From: Roseburia sp.
Lineage (GTDB): Bacteria; Bacillota; Clostridia; Lachnospirales; Lachnospiraceae
DNA length: 64,000 nt
Assembly: GCA_051879315.1 (NCBI GenBank)
Contig: JBJELW010000066.1
Coordinates: 99 to 64,098 of the forward strand
Reading direction: 5' to 3'
Below, one piece after another: positions 37,553-46,600 of this stretch (position 1 is the stretch's first letter; each line of letters opens with the position of its first letter). The translations under genes were made by a program, and so were the position numbers. Under the pieces are notes generated by a model, which did not search any database, was not told where the DNA came from, and saw only the letters and a program-made list of their open reading frames with translations.

Positions 37553-38695
37553 TTGGAAATCATCAATGGGAAAGAGGTTCACTTAATCGAATATAACCTG
37601 CAGTGGTTTGCAAAGGACGGACCGGGCGGCGAGAAGACAGAGCCGGCTACCGAGAAAAAACTGCGGGAAGCCAGAGAGGAAGGAAAGGTTGCCAGAAGCA
37701 AGGAACTGACGGCCGCATTAAACCTAATCGTCCTTTTTTTGTGCCTGAAGATATTTGTGGGCTATGTGGGGGAACGGTTGGCTGGAATTTTTTCTGTGTT
37801 TTACGGAAGAATACCGGAGGTTTTGTCGGAAAGTGGGGGAATTTTTACTCTGACTGCCACCAAAAATCTTATGAATCAGGTGATTATCAACATCGTTCTG
37901 GTGGTCATTCCGTTTATGCTCATCGGATTGGTGGTGGGAGTTCTGGTGAATGTGCTTCAAGTGGGGTGGAAAGTGACCACAAAGCCTATGAAACCGGAAC
38001 TGAGTAAATTTAATCCACTTAACGGATTTAAGCGGATGTTTTCAAAGGATTCCCTGTTTGAACTGTTTATGGCGGTGGTGAAAATCGCACTGATCTGTTA
38101 TGTGGCTTACAGTTCTATCAAGGACCATCAGAGTGAGCTTTTCCTGATTTATGATATTGAGTTGAAGCAGGCCATTGCTCTGATCGGGGATATCATTATC
38201 AATACAGGGCTTAAAATTGCCTTCGTTTATCTGATTGTGGGAATTGTGGATTTTATCTATAATAAGCATAAGTTCAGCGAAGACATGAAGATGACCAAGC
38301 AGGAAGTGAAAGACGAATATAAGAATACCGAGGGAGATCCCCAGATTAAAGGACGTCAGAGGCAACGTATGCGTGAAGCCTCTCAGAGGAGAATGATGCA
38401 GGATGTGCCCAAGGCGGATGTGGTCATCACCAACCCGACTCATTACGCGGTGGCTATTCAATATGATTCGTCTGTGGCAAAGGCCCCGGTAGTTTTGGCC
38501 AAGGGAGAGGATTTTCTTGCCCAGAAAATCAAAGAAGTGGCAAGGGAAAACCATATTGAGATCGTGGAAAACAAACCTTTGGCACGAATGCTTTACGCTA
38601 ATGTCAATGTGGGGGCGGAGATTCCGCCGGAATTGTATCAGGCAGTTGCAGAAGTTCTTGCAATGGTTTACAATCTAAAGGATAAGGGCTATTAA
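37553..38695 (+). CDS. flhB: export switch FlhB
   Basis: EKTEPAT, KMTKQEVKDE, NPTH autocleavage motif. Confidence 0.95.
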   Translation: MEIINGKEVHLIEYNLQWFAKDGPGGEKTEPATEKKLREAREEGKVARSKELTAALNLIVLFLCLKIFVGYVGERLAGIFSVFYGRIPEVLSESGGIFTLTATKNLMNQVIINIVLVVIPFMLIGLVVGVLVNVLQVGWKVTTKPMKPELSKFNPLNGFKRMFSKDSLFELFMAVVKIALICYVAYSSIKDHQSELFLIYDIELKQAIALIGDIIINTGLKIAFVYLIVGIVDFIYNKHKFSEDMKMTKQEVKDEYKNTEGDPQIKGRQRQRMREASQRRMMQDVPKADVVITNPTHYAVAIQYDSSVAKAPVVLAKGEDFLAQKIKEVARENHIEIVENKPLARMLYANVNVGAEIPPELYQAVAEVLAMVYNLKDKGY

Positions 38696-38744
38696 GATCT
38701 GGGCTCATCGAATACAGAAGAACAAGAGATAAGGAGGAAGCGAT

Positions 38745-40778
38745 ATGAAAAAAGCAGACGTGGGCGTTGCGGCATATTTGATGGCAGCTGTCATCTTTTT
38801 TATCATACCGATTCCCAGTGTCCTTCTGGATGCGATGCTGGCCATTAATATTTCCTTTGCATTGATTATTCTTTTTGACTGTTTGTTCGTGAAAGAAGTT
38901 TTGGACATGGCATATTTTCCAACCCTGCTGTTGTTCACCACAATTTTTCGTATTTCGTTGAATGTATCCTCCACCCGACTGATCCTGACTACCGGGGAAC
39001 CCGGTAATGTGGTAGAAACCTTCGGAGGTTTTGTTGGCGGTGGAAATCTGGTAATCGGTGCGATTGTATTCATAGTGCTGATATTGATTCAGTTCATCGT
39101 TATTAACAAAGGTTCTGAGCGTGTAGCTGAGGTAACTGCACGTTTCACATTGGATGCAATGCCCGGTAAGCAGATGGCAATTGACGCTGATTTGAATACC
39201 GGTGCAATAACCGAAAAAGAAGCCCGGGAGAGACGTGACAAGATTCAGAAGGAATCCAGCTTCTTTGGCTCCATGGATGGTGCTACCAAGTATGTAAAGG
39301 GAGATGCTACGGCAGGACTCCTGATTACTTTTATTAATTTGATCGGCGGCTCCGTCATGGGCTACATGAATGGCGGCGGTTCCATCATGGATGTCATTTC
39401 CCAGTATGGAATCCTTACTATCGGTGACGGTCTGGTCAGCCAGATCCCGTCCCTGCTGATTTCCCTTGCCACCGGTATTCTGGTGACAAAAGGATCCAAT
39501 GAGGCAGACTTTGGCAATGTGCTGGTGTCCCAGCTTTTCGGAATCCCCAAGGTATTGTACATAGTGGGTGCAGTGCTGTGCTTCCTGGGATTGGCGACGC
39601 CGTTGCAGTGGTATCTCTTTGTGGGTCTTGGAGCTGCATTTATCGCCACCGGCCGTGTCATCCAGCGTAACGTACAGGTGGAGGCTATCGAGGAGGAAGC
39701 CAGCCAGGAGGAAAGTGCGGCAGAGGAGATCCGAAGACCGGAAAATGTGGTGTCCCTTTTACAGGTGGATCCCATCGAACTGGAGTTTGGATATGGTATT
39801 ATTCCACTGGCGGATGTAAATCAGGGAGGCGATTTGTTGGATCGTGTGGTAATGATCCGGAGACAGATCGCGCTGGAGCTCGGTACAGTGGTGCCGATAA
39901 TTCGTCTGCGTGACAATATCCAGCTGAATCCCAATCAGTATATAATCAAAATCAAAGGAATTCAGGTGACAGAGGGAGAGATTCTGTTCGATCACTATAT
40001 GGCCATGAATCCCGGCTATGTGGAAGAAGAAATTACCGGTATTCCCACTTTTGAGCCCTCCTTCCATCTGCCTGCCATCTGGATCACAGAAGGACAGAGA
40101 GAGCGGGCGGAAAGTCTGGGCTATACCGTGGTGGATCCGCCCTCTATTATTGCAACCCATTTGACAGAGGTGATCCGTTCCCACATAGCAGAGCTTCTGA
40201 CCAGACAGGATGTGTCCAACCTCATCGCAAATATCAAGGAAAACAATGCGGCTCTGGTGGAGGAGCTTACCCCGAAGCTGCTTAATATCGGTGAGATTCA
40301 GAAGGTGCTTCAGAATCTTCTGCGTGAGGGAATTTCCATCCGGGATTTGTTGACTATTTTCGAGACTCTGGCAGATCATGCAGCTACTTCCCGCGATACG
40401 GATGTTTTGACGGAATATGTGCGGCAGAGTTTGAAACGGGCAATATCCAATAAGTATTTCCCGGCTAATGAGACCACCAGCGTAGTGACGCTGGATCCCA
40501 AGATAGAGCAGGAGATCATGGGCTCTGTGAAACAGACGGAACAGGGGGCTTATCTGACGTTAGATCCGGAGAAAACCAAGTCCATCATGTCCTCTGTGGA
40601 GACGGAGATTGCGAAATTGGAGAACATAGGAAAGAACCCCATTGTAATCACTTCGCCCATTGTGCGGATGTACTTTAAGAAATTAACGGAAGATTACTTT
40701 AAGGACCTGATTGTGGTATCCTATAATGAGGTAGAATCAAACGTAGAATTACAGTCGGTAGGGATGGTGACAGCATAA
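38745..40778 (+). CDS. flhA: export protein FlhA
   Basis: RVAEV.ARFTLDAMPGKQMAIDADL. Confidence 0.97.
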   Translation: MKKADVGVAAYLMAAVIFFIIPIPSVLLDAMLAINISFALIILFDCLFVKEVLDMAYFPTLLLFTTIFRISLNVSSTRLILTTGEPGNVVETFGGFVGGGNLVIGAIVFIVLILIQFIVINKGSERVAEVTARFTLDAMPGKQMAIDADLNTGAITEKEARERRDKIQKESSFFGSMDGATKYVKGDATAGLLITFINLIGGSVMGYMNGGGSIMDVISQYGILTIGDGLVSQIPSLLISLATGILVTKGSNEADFGNVLVSQLFGIPKVLYIVGAVLCFLGLATPLQWYLFVGLGAAFIATGRVIQRNVQVEAIEEEASQEESAAEEIRRPENVVSLLQVDPIELEFGYGIIPLADVNQGGDLLDRVVMIRRQIALELGTVVPIIRLRDNIQLNPNQYIIKIKGIQVTEGEILFDHYMAMNPGYVEEEITGIPTFEPSFHLPAIWITEGQRERAESLGYTVVDPPSIIATHLTEVIRSHIAELLTRQDVSNLIANIKENNAALVEELTPKLLNIGEIQKVLQNLLREGISIRDLLTIFETLADHAATSRDTDVLTEYVRQSLKRAISNKYFPANETTSVVTLDPKIEQEIMGSVKQTEQGAYLTLDPEKTKSIMSSVETEIAKLENIGKNPIVITSPIVRMYFKKLTEDYFKDLIVVSYNEVESNVELQSVGMVTA

Positions 40779-42002
40779 ATGACGATCAATAAATTTCAGG
40801 GAAAGACGCAGGAGGAGGCCGTGGAGAAGGCCAAAAAGGAGATGGGTGACTCCGTAGTTATCATGAATGTAAAGGAGGTTAAGCCCAAGGGCATTTTCAG
40901 TGCCTTTAAAAGTTCTACTTTTGAAGTGACGGCAGCCTTAGAGGAAAAGGAACAGCAGGTAAATCTTTTCTCAGCCCTCAATACTCAGCGGAAAGTGCAT
41001 GAAACCATTAATTATGCGGCGGATGAGAAAATTGAGATTCCCCGGGAAACAGTTTCTTCCTACCGCAAGTCAGACAGTGAGGATAATAATGGGCTGGAAG
41101 AGAAGATTGAGAGTTTACAGAATCTCATAGAGAAAAACCTGTCTTCTGAGGAGAAGAATGTGGACAAACTGATCCGCACAGAAGGAAAGGAAAATGGTGC
41201 CCAGTCTGAGATGTTCCGCTGTATCAAAATGGTTTATGAGGTATTGCTGGACAATGAGGTGAATGAGCGGTATGTCAATCAGATTATGGATGATGTGGAG
41301 CGCTCATTGCGCAGCACGGCAGGAATGGATCTGGTGCTCTCCAATGTATATCAGAAAATGATCTTGAAATTTGGTCAGCCATATAAACTGGAACTTACCG
41401 GTGGTCAGCCGAAAGTGGCGTTTTTTATCGGACCCACCGGAGTGGGAAAGACCACAACCATTGCCAAGATTGCATCTAAGTTTAAGGTTGATATGGGAAA
41501 GCGGGTGGCATTTCTGACAGCGGATACCTACCGGATTGCTGCTGCAGAACAGTTGCGTACTTATGCAAATATTCTGGACGCGCCATTGTCTGTGGTGTAT
41601 GCAGCAGAGGAGTTAAATGATGCCATTGAACGTGTGAAGGATTACGACCTGATATTGGTGGATACTGCCGGATTTTCCCATAAAAATCAGGAACAGAAAA
41701 AAGATATGAAGGAACTGCTGGACAGTCTGGATCCGGCTTATGACAGGGATGTGTTTCTGGTGCTCAGCGCTACCACCAAGTATAAGGATCTGGTACAGAT
41801 TGCAGACAGTTATCATGAAATTGCAGACTATAAGCTGATTTTCACAAAATTGGATGAGACAGGCAGCTATGGTAATCTTTTAAACATTCGTATGTATTCC
41901 GGGGCAGAGATGTCCTATGTTACCACCGGACAGAATGTGCCGGATGATATTGAGGTATTCAGAACACAGAAAATTGTGAAACAGTTGTTGGGAGGCAAGT
42001 AA
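40779..42002 (+). CDS. flhF: SRP-family GTPase FlhF
   Basis: GPTGVGKTTT, DTYRIAA, DTAG, TKLDE, GQNVPDDI. Confidence 0.95.
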   Translation: MTINKFQGKTQEEAVEKAKKEMGDSVVIMNVKEVKPKGIFSAFKSSTFEVTAALEEKEQQVNLFSALNTQRKVHETINYAADEKIEIPRETVSSYRKSDSEDNNGLEEKIESLQNLIEKNLSSEEKNVDKLIRTEGKENGAQSEMFRCIKMVYEVLLDNEVNERYVNQIMDDVERSLRSTAGMDLVLSNVYQKMILKFGQPYKLELTGGQPKVAFFIGPTGVGKTTTIAKIASKFKVDMGKRVAFLTADTYRIAAAEQLRTYANILDAPLSVVYAAEELNDAIERVKDYDLILVDTAGFSHKNQEQKKDMKELLDSLDPAYDRDVFLVLSATTKYKDLVQIADSYHEIADYKLIFTKLDETGSYGNLLNIRMYSGAEMSYVTTGQNVPDDIEVFRTQKIVKQLLGGK

Positions 42003-42003
42003 T

Positions 42004-42879
42004 ATGGATCAGGCAGAACAACTGCGAAACGTAATCAAACGACAAAATCAAAGCCTGCCCCCCAAGGCAAGGCTCATGGCCATTACCAGTGGCAAAGGGG
42101 GCGTGGGAAAGTCAAATCTTGCGGTGAATCTGGCGATTCAGCTGCAGAAACAAGGGAAAAAGGTACTGATCTTTGATGCGGATTTGGGACTGGCAAATGT
42201 GGAGGTTATGTTTGGGGCAATCCCAAAATACAATCTTGGTGATTTAATTTACCGTGGGATGGATATCAAGGATATTATTACACCGGGACCGCTGGGGATT
42301 GGTTTCATCTCCGGAGGATCCGGTATCATGGGCATGAATAATCTGTCTAAGGGGCAGATTTCCTATCTGGTCCATAACCTTGCACAGTTAGATAGTATTG
42401 CAGATATCATCATTGTGGATACAGGTGCCGGAATTGCGGACAGCGTCATGGAGTTTGTGCTGGCTTGTCCGGAGATTCTGTTGGTGACCACACCGGAGCC
42501 CAGTTCCCTGACGGATTCCTATTCCCTTTTGAAAACACTTCACCGCAATCCGAATTTCCGCAGGAATGAGACGGTGATTAATGTGGTGGCAAACAAAGTG
42601 ACTTCCGTGGAGGAGGGGCAGACGGTTTACGACAAGCTGAATTCTGTGGTGACACAGTTTTTGCAGGGAAAAATCAACTATTTAGGGATGGTTCCTCAGG
42701 ATGCAGCATTGGAGAAGGCGGTGCGTCAGCAGAAGACGGTGTCCATGTATGCACCCGGTTCAAATGCTGCCAGGGCATTTGAGGTGCTGGCATCCAATCT
42801 GCTGAATAATGGACATGAGATTCCCGTAATGCGACGAGGGATTACTCAGTTATTTGCAGGGTTGATAAACAAGAGATAG
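42004..42879 (+). CDS. flhG: MinD-like ATPase FlhG
   Basis: MDQAEQLR, SGKGGVGKS, DADLGLAN. Confidence 0.93.
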   Translation: MDQAEQLRNVIKRQNQSLPPKARLMAITSGKGGVGKSNLAVNLAIQLQKQGKKVLIFDADLGLANVEVMFGAIPKYNLGDLIYRGMDIKDIITPGPLGIGFISGGSGIMGMNNLSKGQISYLVHNLAQLDSIADIIIVDTGAGIADSVMEFVLACPEILLVTTPEPSSLTDSYSLLKTLHRNPNFRRNETVINVVANKVTSVEEGQTVYDKLNSVVTQFLQGKINYLGMVPQDAALEKAVRQQKTVSMYAPGSNAARAFEVLASNLLNNGHEIPVMRRGITQLFAGLINKR

Positions 42880-42914
42880 GTAAACTCCGAACAGTTTCAG
42901 ATAGGTGGGGCTAT

Positions 42915-43655
42915 ATGATTTCAAACATTTTACAGGAGCGAATGAAAGTGGATATTCGGATCGTGGGACAGGTGGAACGTGCTGCCCGCACGGGTGAGGA
43001 GGTTCACGTTTACAAGAGCCAGATTTTTGAGGTTTTTGAACACGGAGAACTGGAAATCACTATGCCCATTGAAGGTGGAAAGGTGATCCTTCTGCCGTTG
43101 GATTTAAGGTATGAGTTTGCGTTTTATACCCAGTCCGGCATTTATAAGAGTACCGGAGTCATTAAGGAACGGTATAAGTCGGACAATGTATATATGTTGA
43201 GAATTGTTTTGAAAGCACCTCTGACAAAATTTCAACGCCGCCAGTACTATCGGATGGAATGCATGCTGGATATGGAGTATTGTCTCATTACAAATGAGCA
43301 GGCCAATATATCTGATGTGAACATGCTGATGGAGAGTTTGCGGGAAAATCCGTCACCGGGAGGCCGGAAGAAAGGTACGGTTGTGGATATCAGCGGAGGC
43401 GGAATCCGGTTTGTTTCAAAGGAAAAAAACGAAGATAATAGTTATGCGTTGATCATTGTGCTGCTGCACACGGCAAAACGGGAAAAGGAATATATGATTC
43501 CGGGTCGGATTATCCGTTGCCTCCGGGTGGATACCGCAGAACAGCTGTATGAAAACCGGGTCGAGTTCATTATCAACGATGCAAGGATGAGGGAAGAAAT
43601 CATACGCTATATTTTCGAAGAAGAGAGAAGAATCCGAAAGAACGAGAAGGGGTAA
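42915..43655 (+). CDS. YcgR/PilZ flagellar brake, c-di-GMP receptor
   Basis: QRRQYYR (RxxxR) and DISGGG (DxSxxG). Confidence 0.9.
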   Translation: MISNILQERMKVDIRIVGQVERAARTGEEVHVYKSQIFEVFEHGELEITMPIEGGKVILLPLDLRYEFAFYTQSGIYKSTGVIKERYKSDNVYMLRIVLKAPLTKFQRRQYYRMECMLDMEYCLITNEQANISDVNMLMESLRENPSPGGRKKGTVVDISGGGIRFVSKEKNEDNSYALIIVLLHTAKREKEYMIPGRIIRCLRVDTAEQLYENRVEFIINDARMREEIIRYIFEEERRIRKNEKG

Positions 43656-43659
43656 AAAA

Positions 43660-46600
43660 ATGAAGAAAAGTCTCTTGAAATGCTTGTCAGGTTTGGTGGC
43701 GGTAGCATTGATTATCAGTATATTTGCACTGAAAACAAACAGGGAAAATGCAGAAGGTTCTGACGGAGTAACGAATACGGTCACACTTGCCAGCACTGCG
43801 GTGTATAAGAACATGGATTATACATTTTTGAGGTCCTTTGATTATGGAAGTATGAAATCAGAGGATGTCAGCGCCACATTTGAAACGGTGGAGGACATGA
43901 AAAACTGTCAGGATGGGCGTATGGTAAGTGGTAACCTGGTAAAAACCCTGGGCTATTACGAGAATGGGGATGGCGGCGGAGCCATCTACAAGCTAACCAC
44001 ATCATCCAATGTCGCAGGTGCCGTGGAGCTGTCCTGTGGTCTTTATGCGGTGATTCAGGTGGATACCAAAGTGATTGATGGCCTTACCTGGGGCATTGTC
44101 AGTGTAAAGCAGTTAGGGGCAACGGGGGATGGTGTGACACCCGATAACGCAGCGATTGGAAATGCAGCCATTGTTGCATCTCAGGCGGCAGGAACTTCTG
44201 AAATTGATCGGGCCATTGTGTATATTCCGGCAGGCGAATATCGCTGTACGGATAAGATCGGTTTTGGTGTCACAAACGTAAATATAGTGGGAGAAGGGGA
44301 TGAGTCCGTTCTTTTTACGGATAATGGATACCGGGAAGATTCCGGCTATTCTGAGTTCTTTATAGAAGTTTGGGGAGGAAGAGATTCCTATTTCGCGGAT
44401 TTTCGAGTGGAGGCCCGGGAAATCGACCTGTATCACTACATGCGTCAGTTCGTGGTAGTTTATTCACAGGATATTTATGTGAAAAATGTGAATCTTATTG
44501 TTCCACAGGAAGCATATAGTGCTTATTACTATGAGGATAAGCAATACTCTAATTTCTGCTGTTATTCCGGCAATAAAAATGTGACGGTAGATGGCTGTCA
44601 CATGGAACAGATGAGTGGTACCTACCGGGGAGCCAATATTGGTATATTGGATATCTGGTCCAGCGGTGAGGAAAATATTGTGGTGATGAACTGTGAACTG
44701 TATGGCAATGCCAGAGATGAGCAGATTGGCGTGTTTAGCACTTCAAACAGTAGCGCCTATGTTCACAATGTTGAGTTCATCAACAATGAGGTATACTTTT
44801 ATCAGCCAAAGTATGTGGACGTGGTGGGAAATGCCACCATGCGTGTGACTGTGGCCTATAATGATTCGAATTTCGTAGATAACATCCGTTTTGCGGGGAA
44901 TCATTTTGTTGCGGAGTGTGATTCCAAGTTTATGACCTTTGGTGCTGTGACTAACTGTGTGGTGGAAGATAATATTATCGAAATATATTGCACCTACAGG
45001 ACTTGGTCCATGGTATTTGATTCCGGAAATTCCGATTCGAAGAATATCATGATAAAAAACAATGAGTTTTTTATCACCACTGATTGTAATACCGGAAAAG
45101 GAAATCTGACGGGGGGAAAGCTTACCCTGGAGGGAAACCGGATTTTTGCAGACACGGACCTTGCATTCGGTGTATTGGGAGAGTATATCAATAAGAATAC
45201 CTTTATTACGCTGGATGGTATATGTAAACTGGCGAACTCCCCTTATGAATTTAATTATAATAAAGCTTATATATATGGTGGTTTTGGGTCGGACGGAGTT
45301 TCCAGCAATTCTTTTCTCACCATTACCGATGCAAAGACTGATCAGAAGATAAAGGTCATCGGGAATGAAATCTATGACTATAAACGTTATGATTCACTAC
45401 AATCACCTTTTCAATGTATGGTTATGGTGAATTCAGATTTCGATACCTTGCAGTTTGAAGGCAATAAATACCTGTTGCCCAACACAAGATTTTTGAAGAC
45501 ACAGGCATCGTGGAATACAAAAACGGAGCAGGGCTATTATGATGCCTTTCTTTTCCGGTATCGGAGCGGCAGCTGCAACAATATGACCATTACGGGCAAT
45601 ACCCTGCAGGGAATCCAGATCAATACTAGCAGCTCTGTAGCAAACTACACCATAGAAAACAATCAGTATCTGGAGGCAGCGGATGTGGATTACAACGCCC
45701 CCCTGGTCAGCAGAGTTGAAATCACCCGTGGAGGAGCTCCGGTGACAGAAATCACTACCACAGATTCCACCGTGGATTTGTCAGCCGTTTTTTATGTGGA
45801 ACAGGAAGATGGTACGGAGACGGTGAAATCCAATCAGGATTATGTCTGGTATTCCTCTGTCGAGAGCATGGCGACTGTATCGGATAGTGGCCGTGTAACC
45901 AGAAAACAGTACGGAGAAGTACATATTTATGCGGTGCCTTTGGATGGTAGTACCAAGTATGGGGAAGTAGTGATTCATTTCGAGGAGGCGAAGGCAAGCC
46001 AGATCGTGATTAATAAGAGTACGCTGAATCTGCAGCCGAATTATCGAATGTATGCGGATTATGTGGTTTTCCCAGAAAAGAAGGCGTCACAGGATCTGAT
46101 TTGGTCATCCTCAGACCCTACTGTGGCAACCGTATCGGAGTCCGGCCTGATTCAGGCAGTTAATCTTGGCTCAGCAATTATTACCTGCCGTACTCTGGAT
46201 GGCAGCAATCTGCAGGGCCAGATAACAGTTAATGTGACCCGGCTTACAGTCAAGCGAATCACTTTGTCTGAGTCTTATGTTGAGCTAGACTATAGTGACA
46301 TCAACAGCTATCATCAATTGTCTGTTGCTTCCTATTACCCGTCTAATGCAGAGAATACGGATGAACCGGGAGAGTGGGAGAGCAGTGATGAGAGTATTGT
46401 GACTGTGGACCAGAAAGGTCTGGTACATATTGTGGGAAACGGTGTGGCCACGGTGAGACGTTATTCCTCCGATAAACAGTGCTATGGATATTGTACCTTC
46501 TATATCCAGCCACCGGCTGTGGAAAACCTTACAGCCTCCGCAACCAATAACAGTGTGAAATTAACCTGGGACAGTGTGGACAATATATACGGATATTACA

